Assembly: GCA_977017645.1 (NCBI GenBank)
Contig: OZ360232.1
Span: 8,742,001-8,806,000 of the forward strand
DNA length: 64,000 nucleotides
Origin: Torpedo marmorata
Taxonomy: Eukaryota
Direction of reading: 5' to 3'
In this document: one piece after another, positions 25,350-37,882 of the stretch
How the letters are laid out: each line of letters starts with the position of its first letter
Numbering within the stretch: position 1 is the first letter of the stretch
The notes under the pieces: model-generated
Seen by the model: the letters and a program-made list of their open reading frames with translations, nothing else
The model's database searches: none
Told to the model about the DNA's origin: nothing
Program-made: the position numbers and the translations under genes

Positions 25350-25795
25350 TCACTCTCCAACCAGATGGCATGAATATCGACCTCCAATTTCCATTAACTC
25401 CCTCCTCTCTCTCTTTCCCTAGTCCCCTGTCTCCTTTCCTCCAGCTCTCCACCCCCTTCCCTTCTCCTATCAGAGAGATACACTTCTTAGCCCTCTTTCC
25501 TCTCCCCCCCAGCTTCTTTCTCTTCTATCCTCGAACCTGTATCCCCCTATTACCTCTTGCTTGTTAGCTTGTGCTCCTCCCCCTTCCCCTTCCTCCCTTC
25601 TCTCCTCTCCAACTCCCCCTCTCGCCAACTTTTTATTCTACCTGTCTAACTGTTTTTTTCTGATTCCTGATGAAGTTCTCAGGCCTGAAACGGTTACCTT
25701 TTACTTCCAATGGATGCTGCGTGACCTGTTGAGTTTCTCCAGCAGTTATGTGCATTGCATTCAACCCCAGAATCTGCAGATTTTCTTGTTTAACT
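25350..25795 (+). mobile_element. Older Penelope 3' end
   Basis: TLQPDGMNID, pyrimidine-rich UTR, CTGATGA...GAAAC at 25667-25691 and GACCTGTTGAGTTTCTCCAGCA end motif. Confidence 0.75.
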
Positions 25796-25932
25796 CATCT
25801 TGTTCAGCTCGTATAAATTAGGCCAGCGGTCTTTTCCGTGCTTTATAGTTTATGAAGCTATGAAGAGAAGTCAGAGGAAAATGAGGTAATTAAAATGCAC
25901 TTACATACCTCCCACACTTGCATCACTAAGTA

Positions 25933-26362
25933 CTGTATATATTCATGTAATCGTCAAATTTTTTGGACCAAATTTTCAGGTCAAATTTGGTGGGGGGGGG
26001 GTTGACTTTTACACGGGTCATATGTTTGACTGCGGTAAGTACCTGCGTCAAGGAGGTGTCGGGAGCTCAGATGGCCAGGACCGGGTGGTGAGTCCGCGTT
26101 CGGGCCGTCGGGAGCTCAGATGAGTGGGCGGTTGGGGCGTCGGGAACTTGGATGGGCGGGCGGTCGGGTCATCAGGAGCCCGGATGGGCGGGCGGCTGAG
26201 GCGAGGGTTCACGATCGGGGCATCAGGAGCACTGATGGGCGGGTACTGGGCCAAAAAATGGGGCTTGACTTTTACAAAGGTCATATGAAAACACACGAAT
26301 TTTGGTCTAAAAAAGGTGGGTCGACTATTACATAGTATCAACGATTATACGAATATATACGG
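25933..26362. mobile_element. Non-autonomous Tc1/mariner (Tc2/pogo-like) MITE
   Basis: Imperfect TIRs CTGTATATATTCATGTAATC / GATTATACGAATATATACGG with TA on both flanks. GC-rich internal short repeats (GTCGGGAGCTCAGATG). Confidence 0.8.
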
Positions 26363-27499
26363 TAATTTCCATTGATTTTCCATGTCAGCAAACTGCATCA
26401 AGTTCTCATTTGGATTGGTTTTCGGCATACTTGTGATGATTCACTTGTCAATAAGTTAATCTATTGAACATTAGAAACAACATGAGATGGAAAGGATCAA
26501 AATATTTGCTATGTTTATGAATTTTCATTCTGCTTAACAGGAAGGTGTTAAATAGGTGTCAATAACTGATCTATTTAGTGTTCAGATTGGAATTCCAAGC
26601 ATCAGTGATTGGTCTGGCTTACAATTATGTTTCAGAACATTCCAAGGATAATACAGTGATACTGTTGCCAAAGGTTAAGAAAAATAATAATAATCTTTCC
26701 TCACCTCTATTAGAGTCGTGGGTGCATGGTTTTTCATTGGGAATGACCTTATCTGAAATGATTGTAAAGGAAGCAAGCTCTCCCATAGGAAACAAAGTCT
26801 ACTAATTTGCCCTTGCAAACCTCTTGACAAAGATTAATAGAATAGCCCTGGCAGAGACTGGGAAGTGATTTGCTTGGCTTCATTTCCAGCGAAGCAATGG
26901 CCTGCCTGTATACAATGCACTTTTCAAATTAAATCACCATTTCAAAAGATCTATGAGTAATTGAAATGTTTTGTTAAATCGAAGTGAAGCTGAGGAAAGC
27001 TCAGACTGACTACAGTTGATTAATTACTCTGACCCCACTACATGTGTCAATTCAATTTTTTTCCTCCACCTTATTCAGATGACCCCTCGATTTGGCAGCC
27101 TTGGGTAATCTGTTGTGTTATATCAGTGGTATCTGCCACCTCATCTCCAACTTGACCATTTAGACTGTAAGGAACTGAGTTACAGAGCAGAAAGGAACTA
27201 ATGTTTCTGCCCATAAGCTTTGAATTATTTGAAAATGAAAAAGAAATTATGAAATATACTGCAAGATTGAATCAATATAATGTGCTATGTCACAGCTGCA
27301 GGCAGGCCTCAACTCAGCTTCAGCAAGACTTATGCAATCTCAATGTGGTCTCACAAGCAGTGGACAGAAGTTGCTTGTTTGTCAATCCATAAATAATCTT
27401 CAGCTCATCTTTTGCCAAGACCCATCAATTTACATCATAAAAATCTTCAGATGCATTTACTTGAACTGTCAGTCTGATTTGACTTGAATTTAACAAATA

Positions 27500-28883
27500 C
27501 AGTAGTCCCCCCTTATCCGCGGGGGATATGTTACAAGACCCCCAGCGGATGCCTGAAACCACGGATAGTACCGAACTCTATACATTTCACGATACGTTCT
27601 GTGAAATTGAGCGTTATGCGATGTGGACGTTATGCAAACACTATATTATATACTTAGCAAAGCTATATGGGATACTGTAGTGTACCTGTAAACTTTTTAT
27701 TTGTAAGTAGGGATCAGTGTGGGGACCGACATGGGGCTGTGGGTAGAGCAGGGCAGTGGGATCAGTGTGGGGACTGACACGGGGCTGTGGGGAGAGAGCA
27801 GGGCAGTGGGATCAGTGTGGGGACCGACACAGGGCTGTGGGGAGAGAGCGGGGCAGTGGGATCAGAGTGGGGACCGACACAGGGCTGTGGGGAGAGAGCA
27901 GGGCAGTGGGATCAGTGTGGGGACCGACACAGGGCTGTGGGGAGAGAGCGGGGCAGTGGGATCAGTGTGGGGACCGACACGGGGCTGTGGGGAGAGAGCA
28001 GGGCAGTGGGATCAGTGTGGGGACCGACATGGGGCTGTGGGTAGAGCAGGGCAGTGGGATCAGTGTGGGGACCGACACGGGGCTGTGGGGAGAGAGCAGG
28101 GCAGTAGGATCAGAGTGAGGACCGACACAGGGCTGTGGGGAGAGAGCGGGGCAGTGGGATCAGTGTGGGGACCGACACAGGGCTGTGGGGAGAGAGCGGG
28201 GCAGTGGGATCAGAGTGGGGACCGACACGGGGCTGTGGGGAGAGAGCAGGGCAGTGGGATCAGTGTGGGGACCGACATGGGGCTGTGGGTAGAGCAGGGC
28301 AGTGGGATCAGTGTGGGGACCGACACGGGGTTGTGGGGAGAGAGCAGGGCAGTGGGATCAGAGTGAGGACCGACACAGGGCTGTGGGGAGAGAGCGAGGC
28401 AGTGGGATCAGTGTGGGGACCGACACGGGGCTGTGGGGAGAGAGCGGGGCAGTGGGATCAGAGTGGGGACCGACACGGGGCTGTGGGGAGAGAGCAGGGC
28501 AGTGGGATCAGTGTGGGGACCGACACGGGGCTGTGGGGAGAGAGCGGGGCAGTGGGATCAGTGTGGGGACTGACACAGGGCTGTGGGGAGAGAGCAGGGC
28601 AGTGGGATCAGTGTGGGGACCGACACGGGGCTGTGGGGAGAGAGCGGGGCAGTGGGATCAGTGTGGGGACCGACACGGGGCTGTGGGGAGAGAGCGGGGC
28701 AGTGGGATCAGAGTGGGGACCGACACAGGGCTGTGGGGAGAGAGCGGGGCAGTGGGATCAGAGTGGGGACCGACACAGGGCTGTGGGGAGAGAGCAGGGC
28801 AGTCAGATCAGTTTCGGACCGCGGTTGACCGCGGGTAACTGAAACCACGGAAAGCGAAACCACGGATAAGAGAGGGACCACTG
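27500..28883 (-). mobile_element. Tigger-type MITE (MER44/Tigger7-like) containing a minisatellite
   Basis: TIRs CAGTAGTCCCCCCTTATCCG / CGGATAAGAGAGGGACCACTG with TA TSDs at 27498-99 and 28884-85. Confidence 0.85.
27707..28811. repeat. G-rich 50-bp minisatellite, about 22 units
   Basis: Unit AGTGGGATCAGTGTGGGGACCGACACGGGGCTGTGGGGAGAGAGCAGGGC, with recurring 48-bp variants. Confidence 0.97.
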
Positions 28884-29789
28884 TATTTCAAATCCAGTAC
28901 AATACACTGAATTATGACATTCCCCATTTAATTATACCAATTGGTACCTTTTAAAATCATAAGAAATTTACAATTCACTGAAGCTATGCAAAATTATAAA
29001 TAATAACACTTTGTACACATTTCCTCTGAGTGCATCTGATGCCATCTCAGACCAGACTGCAGCAGCAGATAGGGATGTGGAGCCGCCGAATTATATTGTC
29101 ATCATGAGTAAAACACGGAAGTCTGCAGACACCGTGATTAAATTAAAAACACCGCGATTGAAGTTTCTCCAGCTTTGTGTTTTTATTTTTATTTTATATT
29201 GTCATCATTTCCACTACTTACCTCATGTCCACTTACCTGACTTTACCTTGCACATGTGAAAACCAGGCCATTCCTGGGCAAGGAGTGGAAACCGTTTTCA
29301 TGCATGCCCAGAAGTAATTTTTGTCTGTAAGTTAGAATATACACAAAATCACTCGATATGGTATTCATACCTCTACAGTATTGTAATCAACGGCATCAAC
29401 ATCACATGAGACTCATAAGAAAGAACAATTACTAAAGGTGGAGAGAGACAGAGGGGAAACTGACTGCCTTTTGTTGGAACCAACTTTGTGTGTGCATCAG
29501 ACTTTAGAATTTAATAGTATGAGGAGTTTGCTCATATGCAGGATTGTTTCTAAGTCAGTTTGCGTAACCCAGGGATAGCCTGTAATACAAACAGCGGGAA
29601 GACAGCTCCCCCAAGAGAGGGAAACAAGGTTCTCAATAGAGAAGCATATCTGAGATGGTCCTGAGGGAACAATTCCCTTTTTTCATCTTCAGTGGGGTCC
29701 AATCATCTGGATGCTTAATATCACTGAAGATTTTTTTTTACTGAAATCAGGAAATAGTGCAGCTACATTTGCAACTGTAAAGGTCAACG

Positions 29790-30423
29790 GTCAGCGCCTC
29801 TACTTCCTCAGGAGTTTGCGGAGGTTTGGTACGACATCAGAAACCCTGGCAAATTTCTACAGATGTGTGGTGGAAATTGTGCTGACCGGCTGCATCACGG
29901 TCTGGTATGGGGACACCAAAACCCCTGAGCATAAAGCCCTGAAAAAGGTAGTGGACACAGCCCAGGACATCACAAGCAAAACCCTCCCCACCACTGAGAA
30001 CATCTACAGGGAGCGCTGCCATCGGAGAGCTGCAGCAATCATCAAGGATCCACACCACCCAGCACACGCTCTGTTCTCGCTGCTGCCATTAGGAAAGAGG
30101 TATCGGTGACACAAGACTCGCACCACCAGGTTCAGGAACACCTACTACCCCTCCACCATCAGACTCCTCAACAATAAACTCAATCAGGGACTCATTTAAG
30201 GACTCTTACTTTTGCACTTTATTGATTTTTTAAATTCTTTTTGTATTGTTCAGTCAGTTTGTTTACATTTCTTTAGCTGTTTACATGTGTACCTTGTGTA
30301 CAGTTTTTTTTTGCATTACCAGTAAGTGGTAATTCTGCCTCGTCCGTAGGAAAAAGAATCTCAGGGTTGTATGTGATCTCATGTATGTACTCTGACAATA
30401 AATCTGAAATCTGAATCTGAAAT
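29790..30423 (+). mobile_element. Rex1/Babar LINE 3' fragment
   Basis: QRLYFLRSLRRFG...HHPAHALFSLLP and (TCTGAA)n tail. Confidence 0.9.
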
Positions 30424-30611
30424 CAAGGGTCACCTTATGCAAGTAGCATCTTCAATGTTTCTACCAGACATACAAGGAGGTGAGCATTGTCTCTGGGAGG
30501 CCATTGAGGTTGTACATACAAAGAAACCAGAAAAACAACATCAGATGCACCAGTACCTGACATCAGCTCATCTCAGCTTTCCTTAATTGACTGAACAAAG
30601 TTGGATATGAG

Positions 30612-33600
30612 TGGGATGCTTCTTTTATTGTAATAAAGAAACTTGGGTTCTTTTAAAACAACTATACTTTATTAGCTAAAGAACTCACTCAGGACCGTGT
30701 GGAGGCATCTATCTTCAATCCAACTCAAGCTGCAACAAACTAGTCTCCGACTCCCTCTAGTGGTCAGGAAGATCACTAGCACTCTATCACTACATCCCCT
30801 TTCCTTGAGGTTTAGTCTAACAACATGACACACTAATGCAGTATTCATTTCAATTTAAAGTTCAACACAATCGTAAACACAACATCAGCAGCACAAAGTT
30901 TTAAGTGTGCAGTTCTTTTTCTTCTAGAGATTCAGTCTGTCAGGTGCTTTCATAACAGGTGTGGATCTTCTTGACACAGATGCTTATGTCGGCTCTGCTG
31001 GTCCACTACTGTCTAGCACTGGTGGTGTTTCCTCTGTTGCTGTGCAGGCTGAATCTTTTGCATTTGTCTGTTCCTGCAGTGTCTCTTACGTTTTCAACAG
31101 GCTCTTTCGATTCCTCCTCAGTATTTAACCATCCTCTGTTCTGACAGTGTAGGATCTTGGATTTACTTCCTCCAGAACAGTAACCTTTTTGTCCCAAGTG
31201 TTGGAATCTCCGAGTCTCACTGCGTCATGTTGTGCCAGTGGCCCTAACCTTCTCGCTGACTTGTCATAGTTTGCTTTTTGTCTCCATTGCAACCGCTTTT
31301 GTTTCCGTTCGACATCTTCGACATCTCTGTTCTTGTTTGGGTCTGCAGAGTAGGAAAGTGTGGTGCGTAGTCTATGTCCCATCAGAAGCTCAGCGGGTGA
31401 CATGCCATGTTCAAGTGGTGAACCTCTGTAACTCAATAGATCTAGATAAGGATCTGAGCCACTGTCTAGTGCTTTCTTGAGCAACTGTTTAACTATGTGA
31501 ACTACTTTCTCTGTTTTACCGTTTGACTGTGGATGCAGAGGACTTGAAGTCACATGTCAAAAATCATCCTCTTCTGCAAAGTTCTGGAATTCTCTACAGC
31601 TGTAGCATGGTCCATTGTCACTGTGGACAATTTGAGGAATTCCAGGTCTTGCAAAGATCGATTTCCTATAGTTGATCACACAAGCAGCAGACATATTAGG
31701 AAGCAGTGCAATCTCTGGATAGTTCGATAGATAATCAATAACCAGCAAGTAATTATTTCCATCCATGTGGAACAGATCAGTCCCAACTTTCTGCCATGGT
31801 TCTGCTGGTAAGTCAGTTATTATCATGGGTTCCTTTGTCTGCTTTGCGTGATGATTCAAACAGGTCTCACAGCTTGAAACCATCCTGTCAATGTCAGCAT
31901 TTATCTCTGGCCAATAAACAGCAGTTCTGACCCTCCTCTTGCATTTTTCCATTCCAAGGTGCCCCTCGTGCACCCTTTTCAGCATCTCTTGTCGCAGTGA
32001 TTGAGGAATGACAATTCTGCTCTGTCTGAGTAGAAGCCCATTGGCAACACTCAGCTCAGCTCTGATGTTGTAGTATGGCTGACATTCATCTCTAGGCCAT
32101 CCCTCATTCAGATTCTTGATGACTTTCTGTAGAACTGTGTCCTTTTCTGTTTCAGCTGCGATTTGCTTGGATTTCATGTCAGATACAGTAAGCGATTCAG
32201 TGATCAGATTCACGTGGAGATTCACATCTGTCTCTGTGGAACTCTCATTGTGTGCTTCAGTCTGCGTCGTTGCCCTGGATAACGCATCAGCTAACACAAT
32301 AGGTTTCCCTGGTGTGTACGCCCTCTTGACAAGGCTTAAGTTTTCACATGCTTTGTCACCCAGCAGTGATTCATGTCCATCTGGGACTACTGTGAACCTG
32401 AGGTGGTGCTCTTTATCTTTAACTTTCACCTTGAGTTTACATGTACCTTTCGTGCCGATGCTCTGTCCATTGTAGGCTTTGAGCTGTACAGGATTTGCAT
32501 GGATGTATGGCTTTATCTTCATTGCCCTGATGTCACGCTCACAGATCAAATTGACCTTTGCCCCTGTGTCCAGAATGAAAGGAATATTTGTTCCATTTGT
32601 ATGCAATGACACAGTCCACTTGTCCTGCTCGACTCTGTTCACGCTTGGCTGTTCAGTGTCTGTTGGTTTATAATCTTCCTGCACTACCATGCCCACGAAG
32701 AGTGCATCACTGACAGCAGTTTCTTCTATAGTGTGTACAGTGTGCACGCTTTCACTTCTGTTTTGTTTCCCCTTGGAAAAACATTGCTTTGCGTAATGAT
32801 TCTGCCCTTTGCACTTATTACCGACTTTTCCATAGGCGGGGCATTGTTTTGGTGCATGTTGAGTGCCACATCGTTTACAATTGAATGTCTCTCCATCTTT
32901 TTGTTGTTTCCTATATCTCATATTTTGTTTGTGTGTGTGAACACTGGCTTTTGCACTCTCACCGAACTTTTTCACGTGCTGCCGAGCTAATTCACTGGCG
33001 TGGCATATCTTCACAGCTCCAGCTAAGGTAAGCTCTGTCTTTCGCAGCAACCTCTCTCTTATTTTCTTATCAATAATCCCGAACACAATTTGATCACGGA
33101 TCATTAAATCTTGCAGCGATCCAAAATTGCATGTTCTTGTTTTTAATTTCAAGTCCGTTAAAAAAGTATCAAAGCTCTCTCCCTGCAGCTGCGTGCGCGA
33201 GCGTAACACGTACCTCTCGAACGTTTCATTTTTCTTTGGTGAACAGTGTTCATCAAACATCTCGATAAACTTATCGAACTTGCCCTGGTCTTCTGCCTCG
33301 GCAAATACAAATGTATTGAAAACCTCTAGTGCTTGATGTCCCGCCACAGTAAGTAGCAGTGCAATCTTCCATGCATCAGGTTTGCTATCAAGTCCAATGT
33401 CTTGCAGGTACAGGATGAATCTTTGTTTGAACAACCTCCACTCGTGGTCGACATTTCCAGTCCATTTTACACTCTCCACTTCTCTGCTGCTATAGACTGA
33501 TACACACTCTGCACACTCCTGGTGTTTCTTCCACTCCTGTGCACACTGCACACTCCTGGTACCATGTGATTTCTTTTATTGTAATAAAGAAACGTGGGTT

Positions 33601-33745
33601 CTTTTAAAACAACTATACTTTATTAGCTAAAGAACTCACTCAGGACCGTGTGGAGGCATCCAACTTGAATCCAACTCAAGCTGCAACAAACTAGTCTCTG
33701 ACTCCCTCTAGTGGTCAGGAGGATCACTAGCACCCTATCACGACA
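30612..33745 (-). mobile_element. Non-autonomous Gypsy (Mag-like) LTR element lacking RT/RNase H
   Basis: LTRs at 30612-30794 and 33565-33745. TSD ATGAG at 30607-11 and 33746-50. PBS TGGTACCAGGAGTG (33551-33564, tRNA-Leu-type). PPT next to 30795. Confidence 0.95.
31557..33551 (-). CDS. Gag-protease-integrase fusion ORF (664 aa)
   Basis: CKRCGTQHAPKQC knuckle, LDTGA protease, HEGH...CETC zinc finger, GTDLF and HSDNG integrase motifs. The integrase continues after one stop in ORF 31125-31553. Confidence 0.85.
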   Translation of the reverse strand: MQCAQEWKKHQECAECVSVYSSREVESVKWTGNVDHEWRLFKQRFILYLQDIGLDSKPDAWKIALLLTVAGHQALEVFNTFVFAEAEDQGKFDKFIEMFDEHCSPKKNETFERYVLRSRTQLQGESFDTFLTDLKLKTRTCNFGSLQDLMIRDQIVFGIIDKKIRERLLRKTELTLAGAVKICHASELARQHVKKFGESAKASVHTHKQNMRYRKQQKDGETFNCKRCGTQHAPKQCPAYGKVGNKCKGQNHYAKQCFSKGKQNRSESVHTVHTIEETAVSDALFVGMVVQEDYKPTDTEQPSVNRVEQDKWTVSLHTNGTNIPFILDTGAKVNLICERDIRAMKIKPYIHANPVQLKAYNGQSIGTKGTCKLKVKVKDKEHHLRFTVVPDGHESLLGDKACENLSLVKRAYTPGKPIVLADALSRATTQTEAHNESSTETDVNLHVNLITESLTVSDMKSKQIAAETEKDTVLQKVIKNLNEGWPRDECQPYYNIRAELSVANGLLLRQSRIVIPQSLRQEMLKRVHEGHLGMEKCKRRVRTAVYWPEINADIDRMVSSCETCLNHHAKQTKEPMIITDLPAEPWQKVGTDLFHMDGNNYLLVIDYLSNYPEIALLPNMSAACVINYRKSIFARPGIPQIVHSDNGPCYSCREFQNFAEEDDF

Positions 33746-36700
33746 ATGAGTTGTTCTGTCAGTGGCTGGCAGCCAATATTTCCTTACAAACTCATACATG
33801 TGTTTGGTGTCGTTTCAGCCTTGTTCTATTTTCTGTAATTCACAGCCACTCATTTTAAGTGTACATTTCTAATGGACTTTACCCAGTATAAAATTAGCTT
33901 CTTGCTTTGAGTCTTGCTTCAAATTTCATCCATTGATGGACTCAGTGATGCTTCATGTAAGTGTTTGTCCACTTGTGCTCATCGCATCTACAAGGGTTTC
34001 AGTGGAATGGTTGATGCCATTGACTTCAACGGAAGATTTCAGAAGTGGAGTGTAACGCGCCTACACTTGGCTTAGGGTGATTTTCTTCCTGTTCATATTT
34101 AATATTTTTAAACTAAGAACGTGGTTGCCTTTTCAAGAAGTACAAAAATATGCTCTTTCATAAAATAGCCTGTCAACGCTCATTGCTAACATTAATGCAG
34201 AGCATGGGCAAAGTACTAGGATGCTGTTAACACCCCTCCCATGTAACCCAGCATGTCACTAACCTCAACATTAATCATAGGAAAAAGAGAAAGTGAGAAA
34301 ACAAAGCATCTAATATGTCTACCTACATGTTAGTACTTAACTTACAAATGAAACCTGTAAAATCAGCTGCCTTCTCAGAGAAACAGAACATTAATCCATG
34401 ATCGTTATTTTTGATAAAGAGCCAGGCCAAGAGGTTTCCTGACAGGTCTCTGACTGTGATTTTTACACATTATTCTAGCATTCAGTGAACCTTCTGCAAT
34501 GTGATGACAATTTAATTACAAAGGCAGAACTTTAACTTTGCAATTTGACGTGACTCCCTCTATTTTTCTCAAAATCTAGTTGCTTAAATATAATTTGAGT
34601 AACTCTGGTGGAAACAATAGGCTCAGCATCACAAGAGGCAGGTCAAAGGGGGAGGATGGGGTTTAGGAAAATCTTGCTTGCTGGTTTTAGAGGAAGAAGA
34701 GTGATATTTTGGTTCCCAACTCTCAGTATAATAAGAAAGGTCTAAATGTGATTTCGCAGCTTGTCTGAAGCTCAGGAGTGCATCATTAAGAGGCAGGTGA
34801 ATCCAGGTGATACAGTTCTTGGCACTGTCTGAGGATAGAGGTTAGGGGATTTATTCAGGATAGGGGAATCTCAAGGATACCTCTTGTAACCTGAACAGCT
34901 TTCCTGCTCTTCCTACCTGTGGCAAATTTGGACTACACTGTAGTAATTGAAGCCTTGGCAATTTGTACAATCCTGGTAATTAGTGATGTAAAATCATCAA
35001 CTTGAAGTAATTACTCTGTTTCTCTTTCCACAAACACTGCCTGACCTACTGAATGTTTCCAGCATTTTCTGTTTTTATTTTAGATTTCCAGCATATGCTG
35101 GGTTTTATTTTTGTCTTTAACGGTTGTTAGTTCTGATAAACTGCTAGAAACTGATTCTGATCAATTGGTTAGTGTATTCAAAATAATACTAATTGGTATA
35201 ATTCTTTCAAAGGTTATCTGCAGGATGTTTGGAAATAATAGAAAAACTCATGGCATAGAATGGCATGGAAATAGTAAAACTCCTACTTAATGGAGATTGT
35301 CAATGTCAGGCACGGTTGTTGGATCAACAGTAACTTTCCATTAAAGGTACATTCACATGAGACATTGGGACATGGAACCTACACTGCTTGCTGGGGCACT
35401 AGTGGAATAAAGTCCTCAAGAAACGGAAGAACCCGTTAGGATGAAAGTCATACCCTCTCTTTGTTTCTTCCTCTCTTTTACTTCTTACTCTGTGTAACAC
35501 ACAAGAACATGCCTTATGATATCTAGATTACACAGCATGCAACATATGAAATTGAATCACACCCACTCCCCCTTTCACGTGTACTGCAGGCTGTCCTTCA
35601 AGTGCTCTAATAGAGGATTTTTTTCCTTGAGAAACTGGTCACTCTGCATTAAGTTCTGAGGGATGCCTGAGTCTCCAACATGATCAGGAATTCAGACTGG
35701 AATGAGAAGTCAAGAATGAAGGGATCTTTTCTGTACTCTAAAAGCAATATGTCTGTCTGGCACAAAAATACTGGTCACAGCTCAGAGAAAGTTATCATGC
35801 ACATTACCTGAATCACTGGTCTTGATCATTGATATTTTTAGCCTTTGCTCTTCATGAAGACTTCTGGGTTAATATGTGGAAACCAGAGCCCACCTGGGCA
35901 CAATCCCCAACCACAATACTAGCAAATTTCCATGCCCACAACATTTGCTGATCTTTCTTCAAGGCCCTATAAAGGGCATTGAGCTGCAAACTGTGAAGAA
36001 AATGCTTCAGCTGCTGTTAACAAAAATGATCCAGAGGACAGAAAATTAAACATGACCATGGCCTTTACCTCTACTGGCAGAACCGTACGGACACTGCTAC
36101 CTGTCAAAGCAGTTCTTGCAGCAGGTAGCAGACCTCTGTCATCAATGGCCTACAAATCCTTGGCCACCAGAAGCATTACCCCTCTGACAGCTGGAGGCAG
36201 GCATTGTGCTTCCTTGGGGACACCTGTGTATCCTGGAAGATTTCATCCCCTCTTTCTTTTGGCTCCTCTTATAAGATGTCTTTGCCTTCCAACCTTTTCC
36301 TCCTGATCCTGGTTGAGCTAGAGAGACCTAGTGGAGGTGAAAATAATCAATCAACCTCTCTTATAAACTGCACTGCCTATTCATTTAACTGCTCCTTAAA
36401 ATGAGCCATGCTCAGCTCCAATAGATTACTTAACCAAGTTGCAAATTACTGGTAATTGCTTTAGACAGCACATGTTCCCCTGCTGCAAAAATACGCTTTC
36501 CTGGTCTTGGTCTATGCTAAATATTCATTAAACTTCCATGCTTCAGTTTCACAGACATGCTTCCAGTAGGGTGTTGCTCAAGAATTGACAACATCCATGT
36601 GCACTCTAAGTACTCGGCACCATCAGAAGCTGCTGATCCAACTCTGCATAATATACCCTGTGTACTATTCCTTGCCAATGCTGTTCCAGCAAACCATTTT

Positions 36701-37882
36701 ACATACATATTCAATCTCACCGTGCTTAAATAATATACATTTATGGAAATGATTTTTTGACTGTAATATATTCAGAACATTGAAACAGTGCAGACATTTT
36801 CTTTTAAATGGGGATATGTGTTGATAATGTCCAAAGTTTTTCACCCACTCTGGTTTACAGATTGATTATTTATGTTGGTTTACTGAATGTTATAGCAGTA
36901 AGATTGTGAGCAATGGCCAAAATCATAAAATAGTTCCTTGTTTCGGGAGGTCTGCATCAGCCATATGTTAAAGTAAAGGTGTCTGTGAAGGCTCATAAGA
37001 AATTCAAAGTCCAGGACTGTGCTTCAGATTAAGCATGGTACGTGAGAGTTGAGGTGTACTCTCTCTCTTTATCAACTGAATATTTTATGCATTCCACTGT
37101 GTGTTGAACTGGAAAGCAACTCAAGCACTCAAAATTAAAAATTCTTTGCTTTCAACCTTCTGAAGGTCAGTTTATCAGAAGAAAGTTTCCTGTAATGGGG
37201 AAGGAGGGGGATGGCAGTCAGCACTTGGAATGCTTTCAAGAGCTGCAGCTCAAAGCATTAAAAAAAAAGCAGAAATACTGTAGGAAGCTTAAAATAGTGT
37301 AAGCTTCAGCTTTCAAAACTTAGCCTGCCAAGTGGTTTCAAACTGCTGAATAGGACGTTTTTTTAAATTCACCTGAATTAAAATTGCACAGACAACAGTT
37401 TTTTTTCTAGAATTTAAATGGAAGAAATGACAACTGAAAAACAATAAAATAAAAATTAATGGGCAGGCTGCAATGAACCTAGGCAATGATGCTTTACACT
37501 TCTCACATTACCTTGGCAGCAGAAATGAAATGCAACTGCTCTGATTAGTTTCCAAAGCTGTATTCTATTCCAACTCTCTCTGGGAAAGCACAGGGTCACT
37601 CTTGCCGTCTGAAGCTGACTGACCCTGAACTGCCAGTGCCTGTTCATTTAATTCTCCACCTGATTTCCACTCTGACCTTTCCTTCTTCAACCTCTCATTC
37701 GTTTCCAATAAAGTCCAACAGATCTAGATGGGATTACTTTGTGCGCTCCAGTTTCTTCCCATTTCCCAAAGATATGCTGGTAGGTTAACTGGCTAACATA
37801 AATTTCCCCTTATTATCAGGAAAGTAGTTAAAAGAATCAATTATGAGTTGGTGAGAAGGAAAATGTTGCAGTTAATAAGAAA

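Noticed and set aside
27719-28842. Long repetitive ORFs (up to 235 aa) and a superficially CRISPR-like array
   Set aside because: By-product of a stop-free 50-bp tandem repeat. There are no unique spacers and no cas genes, and the context is eukaryotic.
35800-36720. Short ORFs and exon-like segments in TE-poor DNA
   Set aside because: No recognisable domain, and frames do not chain consistently.
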